Below, piece after piece: positions 29,854-39,393 of a stretch of 64,000 nt of DNA. The notes below the pieces were generated by a model that saw only the letters and a list, made by a program, of their open reading frames with translations, was not told the origin of the DNA and made no database searches. The DNA is taken from the NCBI GenBank assembly GCA_965227295.1, contig OZ245742.1, forward strand, positions 3,552,001 to 3,616,000, written 5' to 3'. Made by a program: the position numbers and the translations under genes. The first letter of the stretch is position 1; each line of letters starts with the position of its first letter. The DNA comes from Leptonemataceae bacterium (GTDB lineage: Bacteria > Spirochaetota > Leptospiria > Leptospirales > Leptonemataceae).

Positions 29854-29884
29854 GTTTCAAGTAACGAAAAATGTAATTTGAAAC
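29854..29884. promoter_or_regulatory. Putative TetR operator
   Basis: Imperfect IR gtttcaagtaac-N7-gtaatttgaaac (10/12 match) upstream of the AKR-TetR pair. Confidence 0.55.
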
Positions 29885-29995
29885 CATGGCGCACGGCGGC
29901 GCTGAAAAGTCAATCGAATTCCCCTACAGGTTTTTTCGAACGCCGGCAGGGCCGGGAAAGGCTTGCGTCTCTGCCGTGCGCTGCGAAACCGAGAC

Positions 29996-30784
29996 ATGGC
30001 ATCACCCGTAGCACTCATCACCGGCGCGAGCACCGGCATCGGATACGAACTCGCGAAACTCTTCGCCGCCGACGGTTACGACCTCATCCTGGTGGCGCGC
30101 AGCAAGCAGCGCCTGGAAAGCGTGGCCCAGGAAATCAAAGACAGTTACGGCACCGGCGCGGCCGTCCTGCCGGCGGATCTCAGCGACCCGGGAGCGCCCG
30201 CTATGATTCGGGCCACCGTCGAGAAGTCCGGACGCAGTGTGGACGTGCTGGTGAACAACGCGGGTTTTGGAACCAACGGCGCCTTTGCCGACCTCGATCT
30301 TCAGGGTGAACTGAATATGATCCAGGTGAACGTAACGGCCCTGGTCGAACTCACGCATCTTTTCCTGGGAGATATGATCGCCCGCAAGTCCGGGAAAATT
30401 CTGAACGTCGCTTCCACGGCCGGCTTCCAGCCCGGGCCGCTCATGGCGAACTACTATGCCTCGAAGGCCTACGTGCTCTCGTTTTCCGAGGGCCTGGCCG
30501 AGGAGGTCCGCAGCCAGGGCGTCAGCGTGACATGCCTCTGTCCCGGCGCCACGGAGACCCCGTTCTTCGACCGCGCGAAGATGGACGGGGTGCGCCTGCG
30601 GGAAGGGGGCATGAATGCAATCATGAGTCCCGAAGATGTCGCGCGCATCGGCTACCGGGCCATGAACCGCGGCAAGACTGTCGTCATTTCCGGGCTGATG
30701 AACAAGCTCCTGGCCTTTTCTGTACGCCTTACGCCGCGAGCCGTCATTCGCAAGATTGCAAAGTATCTCAACGGCAAGGGCTGA
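29996..30784 (+). CDS. Short-chain dehydrogenase/reductase
   Basis: TGASTGIG, NNAGFG, NVASTAG, YYASK, LCPG. Confidence 0.93.
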   Translation: MASPVALITGASTGIGYELAKLFAADGYDLILVARSKQRLESVAQEIKDSYGTGAAVLPADLSDPGAPAMIRATVEKSGRSVDVLVNNAGFGTNGAFADLDLQGELNMIQVNVTALVELTHLFLGDMIARKSGKILNVASTAGFQPGPLMANYYASKAYVLSFSEGLAEEVRSQGVSVTCLCPGATETPFFDRAKMDGVRLREGGMNAIMSPEDVARIGYRAMNRGKTVVISGLMNKLLAFSVRLTPRAVIRKIAKYLNGKG

Positions 30785-30948
30785 ACGAACCGACGCGACG
30801 CTGTTTCGCATCGCACCAAATACATCCACACGATCTGCGCGATTCGGGCCGATCATGCACAGGTAGGTCCCGGTTTGCTCGTTTTTTCGCGGGAAAAATC
30901 GGGTTGGCGCTGATGCGCCGCAAAAAGAAGTGGTAAAACCACGGCTTT

Positions 30949-31665
30949 ATGTCCAACATGTTGCAAATGGAACGCACGGAGCTCAAGGATCGTGAGTCGC
31001 TCGTAGAAGCGGTGCGACACGGGAACGTGATCCGTCTCCACGGCTTCTTTACGATGCCGAACCTCACCCGGAAGCTTGAGCTGGCCCTTCGAACCGTCCT
31101 CAAGCACTATCGTCGTGCAGAACTCGGCGACTGCCTCTACGCCTGCGTGGTCGAGATGGTCACCAACGCTTCCCGGGCGAACATGAAACACGCCCATTTT
31201 CTCGACGCCTCGCTGGACCCGGACGATCCCGAGCAGTATGCCCGCGGCACCCGGGATTTTCGGCGGCAGCGCCACGAGGACGCCTGGCTGAAGACCTATC
31301 GCCGCCGCGTGCGCGAACTGGGTTTGACCATCGACGTGGTCTTTCATCACGGCGACGAGGGGCTGCGCATCGAAGTCATCAACAACCTACCCCTGCTATC
31401 ACCGGACGAGCGCCGTATTCGCGAAAAGTTCGCCCACGCCATGCGCTCCGGCGACATCTACGAGTTCTTTCAGGATCACGGCGACGATACCGAAGGCCAG
31501 GGCCTGGGCTTTGCCATGAACGTTCTGTTTCTGCGCTCCGAGAACATCGATCCAGGCCTCTTTCGCATTGGTTCCAGCAACGGCCGGACGGTGGCCCGCC
31601 TGGAAATTCCCTTTTCGCCCTCCTATCGCAGCGTCCGCGCGAAGGAATTCACAGAGATTTCATAA
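30949..31665 (+). CDS. Stand-alone HATPase-like protein
   Basis: EMVTNASRAN, LRIEVIN, EGQGLG, ARLEIPF. Confidence 0.7.
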   Translation: MSNMLQMERTELKDRESLVEAVRHGNVIRLHGFFTMPNLTRKLELALRTVLKHYRRAELGDCLYACVVEMVTNASRANMKHAHFLDASLDPDDPEQYARGTRDFRRQRHEDAWLKTYRRRVRELGLTIDVVFHHGDEGLRIEVINNLPLLSPDERRIREKFAHAMRSGDIYEFFQDHGDDTEGQGLGFAMNVLFLRSENIDPGLFRIGSSNGRTVARLEIPFSPSYRSVRAKEFTEIS

Positions 31666-31711
31666 TTCTGTCGGGCAATTGCCGGCGGATGTGATTATAC
31701 TGTCCTACGTT

Positions 31712-32467
31712 ATGATCGAACCCTCTGAGTCCTCCGGCGCCGTATCACGCGTTGTTCGTTTCGAAGATCTCGAAGACTACGAGAACGTGGTCCATCGTGA
31801 GAGCATCCTGGACGGCGTCAACGCCGGCGATGCCGTCCAGTTCCGCATGTTTTCCCCCGGCGATCAAATGGAGCGCCAGCTCGATTTCACCGTCGCCGCC
31901 ATCCTCAAGAAATACGCCCGTGAATCGCTCCAGGCCACGATCTACACGTGCCTCAAAGAACTCGTCATCAATGCCACGAAGGCCGCGGCGCGCCTGGCTT
32001 ACTTTCACGATCACGGCCTGGACCCGAACGATCCCGAGGACGTCTTCAAAGCGACGGAATCCATGCGTGGTCGCCTGGACGAGGCCTGGATCAAAAAGTA
32101 TGGAGCGCTGGCGAAGGATCTGGGGCACGTCACGTCGGTGCGCATTCATCACGAACCGGCCGGCCTGCGGATCGAAGTCAAAAATCCTGCTATGCGTTCC
32201 AGCGAAGAAGAGCGCGTGCGTCGCCGCCTGGCTCGCGGCATGCAGTACGACGATCTGGTCACTTTCTATATGGAGCACGGCGATCAAACCGAGGGCGAGG
32301 GCCTGGGGTTGATGATGGTCCTGCTGTTACTCAAGGCCGAGGGCGTGAACCCGCATTATTTTCGCATGGGTGTTGTCGACGATCGTACGATGGCGCGCAT
32401 TGAGATTCCCTTCACCGGCGATTTTCAAAGCGTGCGCGGCCCCGATCCGGCCGGGCATAAACGTTAG
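31712..32467 (+). CDS. Stand-alone HATPase-like protein (tandem paralog)
   Basis: KELVINATKA, LRIEVKN, EGEGLG, ARIEIPF; start moved to ATG 31712. Confidence 0.7.
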   Translation: MIEPSESSGAVSRVVRFEDLEDYENVVHRESILDGVNAGDAVQFRMFSPGDQMERQLDFTVAAILKKYARESLQATIYTCLKELVINATKAAARLAYFHDHGLDPNDPEDVFKATESMRGRLDEAWIKKYGALAKDLGHVTSVRIHHEPAGLRIEVKNPAMRSSEEERVRRRLARGMQYDDLVTFYMEHGDQTEGEGLGLMMVLLLLKAEGVNPHYFRMGVVDDRTMARIEIPFTGDFQSVRGPDPAGHKR

Positions 32468-33538
32468 CTCCGCAAGCAGCTCCGCACACGTCGGCGCCCG
32501 GCCTTCGTTCAACGCATACCGCTCGAACCACGTTTCATAGCGCACGGCCTCGCCGTCTGCCCCGCGCGACCGCGATAGATACGGATCCCGGCAAACGGTG
32601 CGGACCCGCGTGACGCCGCCCGCGTGTGAAACCGCATACAACCCGAATAACTTCCAGCCGCCCACATGATGGACCAACACGTCCGGTACGTTCCCCGATG
32701 TAGCGCGCAGATTCGCGAGCATCAACCGAAACTGTTCGTCCGAGGTGTACGCATCTTCAATCGCATTCGAAAGATAGACAATGCGCCGCCGATCGTCCGG
32801 TTGCGCGAACGCCGCGTCATGCAGCGCCGCGAGTTCCAGTTGAATCGAATCGAACAACTCCGCGTTCACCGTGGCCTGAAACTCCGGCAGTACCGTTGCG
32901 CAGTACTCCTGCTGGATCGAACGGCAGAGATACTTCAGCCGGGCCGGCGCCCGCCGGGCGCGTGTGTCGGGAAATCCGAACGCCGGGTAGGCCAGTTCCA
33001 CGCCCGCGAGTACGGCATCCTGCGCGGCGGCGTTCGCCCGTGCAAAGCGGCCGGCGCGAAAGGATTGCAGCAGTTCATGATGCACGGCATGGATGCGCCA
33101 ATCGATATCCAGCATCGTTAACGATGTACAGCCGAGTTCACTGTGCATAATGTAGGGTTGCAACAGGCCCACGCTGTAACAATCAAAGCGGTCGCCGGTG
33201 TAGAGACGGCGGAGCAACCGGAAGTCGCGGTCCGGTCGGTAGTCGTTCATTTCGTAGAAGTTCCGACAGCCGCCGCGCAGGGCCGTGAGATCGTTGCGTT
33301 GCAATGCAACCGTACAGTACGCGTCGTCGGCATGGGCGTCAAGGCGCGCAAAGAGCGTGTCCAGTTCCTCATTCGCATAGCGCTCGCGATCAAAAACCGT
33401 TGCAAACTCCGCGCGATGCACGGACGATACGCGCAGGCTCCAGCCGTCCGAGCGTGATGATCCCGTGAGGTTTCCGAAGGCCGCGCAGTTCAAGCAGTAC
33501 AGAGCCATGCCCGCAATGAAACGAGTCCGTAAACGCAA
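32327..33538 (-). CDS. Hypothetical lipoprotein
   Basis: Long open frame; candidate signal RLRTRFIAGMALYCLNC from TTG 33538; start uncertain; 3' end overlaps the HATPase gene. Confidence 0.55.
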   Translation of the reverse strand: MRLRTRFIAGMALYCLNCAAFGNLTGSSRSDGWSLRVSSVHRAEFATVFDRERYANEELDTLFARLDAHADDAYCTVALQRNDLTALRGGCRNFYEMNDYRPDRDFRLLRRLYTGDRFDCYSVGLLQPYIMHSELGCTSLTMLDIDWRIHAVHHELLQSFRAGRFARANAAAQDAVLAGVELAYPAFGFPDTRARRAPARLKYLCRSIQQEYCATVLPEFQATVNAELFDSIQLELAALHDAAFAQPDDRRRIVYLSNAIEDAYTSDEQFRLMLANLRATSGNVPDVLVHHVGGWKLFGLYAVSHAGGVTRVRTVCRDPYLSRSRGADGEAVRYETWFERYALNEGRAPTCAELLAELTFMPGRIGAAHALKIAGEGNLNARHRTIVDNTHAKIMRVHALGLE

Positions 33539-34664
33539 CACATCTACCGGTATCCTGCGATGGATCGTGTGTGCAAGCCTTCCGATGATGTACGCCGGAC
33601 TCATGGCGGCCTGCAATCCTGCCGCGGAGCCTGCAGACGACAACGCGACTTTCCTCGAAGAGCTGACCGTCGTCGATTTGCACAACGATCGTTCGTTCTT
33701 TTTGAGCGCGGCGCAAATTCCCTGGAAGGATTGCAGCCGCACACAAATCTGCGCGAGCCGCTACGCCCGCGATCAGTACGTCTTTTCCATCTTTCGGCCG
33801 CCGCTGCCGCTGTCCGGCGGGCGCTTTCGTCTCACGAACGCTCAAGCACAACGCATGAACGCGATGAGCCACCACGAGTATGTGCGGCACGCCATCGAGG
33901 AGTTGCGCAGTGCCTCGGGTCTGCCGGTACTGTACGATCGCGATGAGCGTGATGCGGGGCTGTTGTTCGGCATCGAAGGCGCTTTTTTGCTGAGTGACGG
34001 CCCGGGGCAACAGCCGCCGTCCATGGAACGCCTGGAAACGATGATCCGGGAACTAAAAAGCCTCGGCGTCGTTTACGTCGGCATCGTCTGGTCCAACGAA
34101 AACGCTTACGCCGGTGTCGCCGGCACGGATCGGGGGCTCACCGGGCGTGGGCGTAATCTCGTGCGTCTGTTGATCCGCCACGGTGTCCTCATCGACCTTT
34201 CCCACGCCTCGGATGCCGCGGTACAGGACGTCTACGAGCTCACCGGCGGCTATTATCCGCTGTTTTTCTCGCATTCTTCGGCGCGATCCGTATGTGATCA
34301 TCCCCGCAACGTATCCGCGGCGCAGCTCCGCCTGGTTCGCGAGACGAACGGCCTCGTCGGCGTAAACTTCCACGTCCCATACATTAGCTGCGGGAAAACG
34401 GCCCGGCGCGGGGACGTGGTTCGACACATTCAGGCGATTGTGGACGGGGCCGGGGTCGAGCATGCGGCCTTCGGCGGCGATTTTGACGGGCTGATTCGCC
34501 TCCCCGAAGGTCTGGAAAGGCCCGCGGATGTGCGCCAACTCGCCGGAGAGCTGCTGGAGAGCGGATATAGCCGTACAGATGTCGAAAACATTGCGTTCCG
34601 GAACTTTCACCGGCTGCGTGATCGCATTCGTACGATTGACGAAGGTATTATAGCGGAAGAGTGA
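33516..34664 (+). CDS. Membrane dipeptidase (M19 family) lipoprotein
   Basis: VVDLHND, GIEGA, IDLSH, SHS, HPRN, GGDFDG; lipobox LMAAC; start uncertain. Confidence 0.85.
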   Translation: MKRVRKRNTSTGILRWIVCASLPMMYAGLMAACNPAAEPADDNATFLEELTVVDLHNDRSFFLSAAQIPWKDCSRTQICASRYARDQYVFSIFRPPLPLSGGRFRLTNAQAQRMNAMSHHEYVRHAIEELRSASGLPVLYDRDERDAGLLFGIEGAFLLSDGPGQQPPSMERLETMIRELKSLGVVYVGIVWSNENAYAGVAGTDRGLTGRGRNLVRLLIRHGVLIDLSHASDAAVQDVYELTGGYYPLFFSHSSARSVCDHPRNVSAAQLRLVRETNGLVGVNFHVPYISCGKTARRGDVVRHIQAIVDGAGVEHAAFGGDFDGLIRLPEGLERPADVRQLAGELLESGYSRTDVENIAFRNFHRLRDRIRTIDEGIIAEE

Positions 34665-34665
34665 T

Positions 34666-36012
34666 CTAGATTTCTACGCCGCGCCACTCCCCGGAACGAA
34701 ACTTACGGCCGAAAATCAGCGAGAGCAGGGCGATCCACACCGCAATGCCCGACCAGAGCCCGGCCGAATCGTAGCCGAGATACACGCCGAAGAAGTAGGC
34801 CGTCGGCAGCATGATCATAAACGAACAGAAGGCGTACACCGCCAGCACCCAGTATACGATGCCCGCGCTGCGCAACGCCGCCGCCATGACCATATGATAT
34901 CCGTCCGCGCCCTGCACGAGGGATACAATGATCAACGCGGGCAACGCTTCTGCGAGGACGCGGGCATCGTCCGTAAACGCCCACAAGAGCGGCCGTCCGA
35001 AGATAATAAACAGCATTCCCATGCCGGTCATAAGCAAGACCGCAAAGAGCGCCGCGCGCTGCACGCCGAAACGTGCCTCGCGATGCTTGCCGGCCGCCAC
35101 GGCCTGGCCGAGAATCGTCGTGGCCGCCACCGAAAAACCGAAGCCGGGCATAAACGAAAGACTCAACAACGACACGATGATGCCCGTAACCGCGACGGAA
35201 TTTGTGCTGATCATGTCCGCGAGCACGTAAAAGAGCGTGAATGACACATTCATGAGGAAGTTGTCGAGGGCCGGAGCAAAGCCGACGTAAGAAATTTCTC
35301 GAACAACGTTCCATTCGAAGCCGAAACCTGCGCGAATCGCCGAACGAAACGGTTGTTGAAACAAGAACACCAACTCGATCAACAAGCCAGGGATACTTGC
35401 CAGGCTCGATGCCATGGCCGCACCGTCCGTTCCATACGCGGAAAAGCCGAGATTGCCGTAAATCAGCACCCAATTGCCGAAAATATTCGCAATCATCGTC
35501 GCAACGGCGCCGTACAGCCCGATTTCGGTGCGTCCGGCACCGTCAAAGAAGGCGCGCACCACAAAAACGAGGAAATACGGCACAATTCCGAGAAAGCGAA
35601 TGCGTACGAAGTCAATGGCGGTGCCGCTGTACTCTTCCTGACGGCTCAGTAACGCAATGATGCCTTCCGCATTCGCAACGGCGAACCATTGCACAATACC
35701 ACCAATGAGCAGTGCGAGTATGATTCCCGTAACGAGAATACGTCCCGCGGCTGCGTAATTTGCCGCACCGAAACGCCGCGCCACGATGATTTGCACACCG
35801 AAGCTTGCGCCCATAAAAAACGCGAGGATCGCCCAGAAAACCATGCCGCCGAGACTCGTTGCAGCAAGTGCGGGCGCACCCAGACGACCGACCATCAAAG
35901 CGTCGGTTATCATGATCGCCGTTTGTGTGACCATTGCTGCCGTTACCGGCAATGAAATACGCCACACCAGCCGATTCAAAGGGCTCATGCGCACGAAACG
36001 ATGCAGATCCAT
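34666..36012 (-). CDS. MATE family efflux transporter
   Basis: About 12 TM segments; TDALMVGRLG..ALAA, NIFGNWVLIYG, GAAMAS, GFSVAATTILGQ. Confidence 0.92.
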   Translation of the reverse strand: MDLHRFVRMSPLNRLVWRISLPVTAAMVTQTAIMITDALMVGRLGAPALAATSLGGMVFWAILAFFMGASFGVQIIVARRFGAANYAAAGRILVTGIILALLIGGIVQWFAVANAEGIIALLSRQEEYSGTAIDFVRIRFLGIVPYFLVFVVRAFFDGAGRTEIGLYGAVATMIANIFGNWVLIYGNLGFSAYGTDGAAMASSLASIPGLLIELVFLFQQPFRSAIRAGFGFEWNVVREISYVGFAPALDNFLMNVSFTLFYVLADMISTNSVAVTGIIVSLLSLSFMPGFGFSVAATTILGQAVAAGKHREARFGVQRAALFAVLLMTGMGMLFIIFGRPLLWAFTDDARVLAEALPALIIVSLVQGADGYHMVMAAALRSAGIVYWVLAVYAFCSFMIMLPTAYFFGVYLGYDSAGLWSGIAVWIALLSLIFGRKFRSGEWRGVEI

Positions 36013-36452
36013 ACGCCTGTCAGAAGATTTTGGAGCTCTATACTGTCACTCGAAAGAGATTAAGCGCGATGAACGTGGTAGTTTTTTACACGAACGGACG
36101 CAAACGCGAAGGTTGATTACACCGCTGTGATGCGTAACGCGCGCCGGAACATCTTTAGTCGGCGTAAGAAAAAAAGTTTTGAACTACGGCTCTTCCCATG
36201 CATCACTTGAGTCGATAAACGGTATCGAGATGAAGAAAAATATCGCAAAGGCGCGGTGTTTAAAATTTTTGTTGTAAAAAAATCCGGCATTTAGGAATAT
36301 TATGTCTACTTGCGTTTTTGGGCGATTTTCGGCGCCGGAATCGGTCTTCGGATCGGGAAAGGACTCACGCGGAGAATGCGTCGGAAATGCAAAGTCGAAA
36401 GACTATGAGTTTTCCTTTAACAGCCGTAAACTCAGGAAAACAGGTGTAAAGC

Positions 36453-36755
36453 ATGGCGAAGAAGAAAGCTAAGAAGAAGACCAAAAAGAAGGTCGCCAAG
36501 AAGAAGAAAAAGGTGACCAAAAAAAAGGCTAAGAAAAAAGCCAAAAAGAAGGCCAAGAAAAAGGCCAAAAAGAAAGTAAAGAAAAAAGCCAAAAAAAAGG
36601 CTAAGAAAAAGGCTAAAAAGAAAGCCAAGAAAAAAGCCAAAAAAAAGGCTAAGAAAAAGGCTAAAAAGAAAGCCAAGAAAAAAGCCAAAAAGAAGACCAC
36701 GCGGAAGAAGACCGCAAGAAAATCACAGCCCGCAGCGGGCTCTCTGCTTTTCTAA
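36453..36755 (+). CDS. Histone H1-like Lys/Ala-repeat protein
   Basis: 100 aa made mostly of KKKA units; AGGT upstream; AT-rich upstream region. Confidence 0.8.
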   Translation: MAKKKAKKKTKKKVAKKKKKVTKKKAKKKAKKKAKKKAKKKVKKKAKKKAKKKAKKKAKKKAKKKAKKKAKKKAKKKAKKKTTRKKTARKSQPAAGSLLF

Positions 36756-36865
36756 CGGTCGAAGCCGTGTTCTCGGCGTCGAACGGGTGCTGAGGAGACG
36801 TTTTTCGTCTTTTCGGCACCCCGTTTTCTTGCTTTCGGTGCGAGAAGTCTCTTCGAGGCAGCTTC

Positions 36866-37924
36866 ATGCACCCATTTCGTTCCGTTTTTTCACTGATTAC
36901 TGGAATCTTCGTGTTTCTGGCCGCTTGTGGTGGCAGTGAGGGCAACGAGGGTCATTCCGGTCCTTCCTCTCTCGATCGAATCTACACCATTACCCCGGTT
37001 GAACTGCGTCGGGAGCCCCGATCCTACGCCTTTGAGCAGGCTGTCCTGCTGGAATTCTCCTCCGATTTTCCGGAAATCCGTCTCTTTGAGTGGACTCGCG
37101 CGCAGAATCCACGGAGTTACCAGGCCGAACAGCGCGGTTTCTTCTATAGTTATCTACGCGGCTTTCGGGAAATGCCCGCCGCAGGCCCCGTTCCAATCCC
37201 CGAACAACCGGCCTACGGCGATGTCCGCAATCCCATTGATTCAGAACATCTCCGCGGATTCGGCGATCCGCGCTCCGGTTGGCGTCTGGAAGTCCGGGGC
37301 ATGGGCCTTGAGATGGGGGCGTTCGGTCGTGACTATGAGGTCCAGGCCTCTCCCATGGGTCTATTGCGCACAGAAGAAAAGGGGCTCGCTGAGTATCGTG
37401 TTTATACGGGAGCCGCAGTGCGCCAGGATCGCGGCGAGCGCCACGGAGCTTTGCTCTGGTTCGAAAGCATGTATCTACCGGCGGTGAACCCGTTTGAGTC
37501 ACTGGAGGTGGGGGCGGCGCTTACGGGCGGGCACACGCAGTTCTGGCTCTACGTTCCGAAGGTCCGTTCGGTTCTGTTTCTTGACATCGGTGAGAACGAT
37601 GTACTCGCACCGCTCGTTGCGTTGAATACGGGCGTTCGTCTGGAAGTGAGCGACGAGGGCGGCCGCGTGCGCCAGCTGGAAGCACTGAGCCTGGACGTGA
37701 GTGATCGACGCGGGGATGAGCGTGGTGAGCGCTGGCCGGCAGCCTGGGAGGGCAGCATCGCAAGTGACGGTGAGTGCAAGACGACCCTCGAAGAGATCCA
37801 CGGCACGAGTTTTTACAGCCTGGCGCGCGGTCGCTCCCGGCTGGCGTCATTGCGCGGCCGAATTGAGTGCGAGGGCGAGAGCTTTCGCGTCACGGGCTTT
37901 GCCCGCAGTTGGCCGGAACCCTGA
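36866..37924 (+). CDS. Hypothetical lipoprotein
   Basis: Lipobox FLAAC; 352 aa. Confidence 0.65.
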   Translation: MHPFRSVFSLITGIFVFLAACGGSEGNEGHSGPSSLDRIYTITPVELRREPRSYAFEQAVLLEFSSDFPEIRLFEWTRAQNPRSYQAEQRGFFYSYLRGFREMPAAGPVPIPEQPAYGDVRNPIDSEHLRGFGDPRSGWRLEVRGMGLEMGAFGRDYEVQASPMGLLRTEEKGLAEYRVYTGAAVRQDRGERHGALLWFESMYLPAVNPFESLEVGAALTGGHTQFWLYVPKVRSVLFLDIGENDVLAPLVALNTGVRLEVSDEGGRVRQLEALSLDVSDRRGDERGERWPAAWEGSIASDGECKTTLEEIHGTSFYSLARGRSRLASLRGRIECEGESFRVTGFARSWPEP

Positions 37925-37930
37925 ATCATC

Positions 37931-38569
37931 ATGCATTATGTTTATCTACACGGATTCTGTTCCGGAGCGCAATCCTACAAGGGCGTCTACTTTGCCGAAC
38001 GCCTGGCCGAGCAGGGACATACCCTGCATCTGCCCGATCTAAACGACGGGGACTTCGAACATCTTACGATCAGTCGTGAATTGGAAGTGCTGCACCGCAC
38101 GATCGAAGCACTGCCGCCGGGGGATGTGACGCTCTTTGGATCGTCTCTGGGCGGATTCGTTTCGTCGCTGTACGCCCGGGAGCATTCGCGCGTGAAGGCC
38201 CTGGTCTTGCTCGCCCCGGCCTTTCAGTTTCTGCGCCGGAACCTGCGCATTCGCGGAAAGCTGTTCTTCGATGAATGGGAACGCCGGGGCACGCGGGATT
38301 TTTATCACCACGCATACGACGAAGACCGGCCGCTGCACTACGGCATCGTCGAGGATGCGCAACAGTACGATGACATTCCCGTGGGGGAGCATCAAATCCC
38401 GGCGTTAATCCTGCAGGGACTCTACGACCAGGATGTTCCACCGGAAACCGCGATGGAGTATCATCGCCAGAATCGCGCTTCGGAGCTGGTGTTGTTGCAC
38501 TCGGACCACCGGCTCACCGACGTCCTGGCCGTTCTCTGGCGCCATACCCGCGGTTTTCTGGGACTCTGA
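37931..38569 (+). CDS. YqiA/YcfP family alpha/beta esterase
   Basis: YLHGFCSG..S.K, GSSLGG, LLAPAF, SDH. Confidence 0.88.
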   Translation: MHYVYLHGFCSGAQSYKGVYFAERLAEQGHTLHLPDLNDGDFEHLTISRELEVLHRTIEALPPGDVTLFGSSLGGFVSSLYAREHSRVKALVLLAPAFQFLRRNLRIRGKLFFDEWERRGTRDFYHHAYDEDRPLHYGIVEDAQQYDDIPVGEHQIPALILQGLYDQDVPPETAMEYHRQNRASELVLLHSDHRLTDVLAVLWRHTRGFLGL

Positions 38570-38622
38570 TCCGCATATTTTTACTTTGCAGATTCCTGGT
38601 GCCGTGCCGTAGTCTACCGGCC

Positions 38623-38958
38623 ATGACGGAACGCGAGCCTATCGATCTGCAAAAGCACCGCCTGGCGCGGGAGCTGGAGGGCGAACTGGGCGGTCTGTTC
38701 GGCATTGACCGGGCCGACATTGAAAGTGCGATTGAGCGGCTGTGGGGAGATATCTCCCGCGGCGAATACAATGAACGCGCCCGGTTGAATCGCATTCCCG
38801 AGTCCCTCCAGCGCGTGATCCATTGTCTGGACGTCGTTTACGAAAGCGCCCGGGCGGCGCTGCGTGACGAAGACGACGAAAGTTTCACCCACGTCCTGGA
38901 ACTCGTCGAAAACTACCAGAAACGTATCTCTCGCCTCAGGAACGATCATTCCGATTGA
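38623..38958 (+). CDS. Hypothetical helical protein
   Basis: ATG 38623 lies 7 nt after TTGCAG-N18-TAGTCT. Confidence 0.55.
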   Translation: MTEREPIDLQKHRLARELEGELGGLFGIDRADIESAIERLWGDISRGEYNERARLNRIPESLQRVIHCLDVVYESARAALRDEDDESFTHVLELVENYQKRISRLRNDHSD

Positions 38959-39041
38959 ACCGATCTCCATTTCTGTTCGTCGTACCAACGTATCGCGCCG
39001 CACAACGGTGCTCCCCCACGGAGGGGGGAAGGAGGTACGCT

Positions 39042-39383
39042 ATGACCTTAATGCCATTGACGACCGTAAGTTCGGAGAACCGTCGCCGTCGTACGGCCGC
39101 GCGCCGCGGGCGTATAGATCGCTATCGTCGCCGCTACGACCGCTGGATGCGCCGCGTCCACCGGCTGGCCGTGGGCACCGCCGTTCTGTTGTGGCTGTCT
39201 CTTGCGGGAACGCTCCTCGTTTTCTTATCGTTGGAGTTGCGCCAGTGGTCCACGCTGCTCGCCCTCTTCGCCGCGTCTCTCGTGGGCCCGTACATCGTTT
39301 CAATGATTGTGGAGTCGGTCCTGGCCGGGATTGTCCGGGCCCTGTTCAAACCGTACGTACCCCACGCCGCCCGGTTGCGATAA
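39042..39383 (+). CDS. Small two-TM membrane protein
   Basis: AAGGAGGT RBS before ATG 39042; two hydrophobic segments. Confidence 0.55.
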   Translation: MTLMPLTTVSSENRRRRTAARRGRIDRYRRRYDRWMRRVHRLAVGTAVLLWLSLAGTLLVFLSLELRQWSTLLALFAASLVGPYIVSMIVESVLAGIVRALFKPYVPHAARLR

Positions 39384-39393
39384 TCGGCGGCGT

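Noticed and set aside
34666..36450. Apparently lower GC suggesting a horizontally acquired island
   Set aside because: Judged by eye only; explainable by a membrane-protein gene and an AT-rich promoter region; no mobility genes or flanking repeats.
36365..36700. Minus-strand (FFLA)n ORF
   Set aside because: Antisense shadow of the KKKA-repeat gene; the same applies to 56532-57131.
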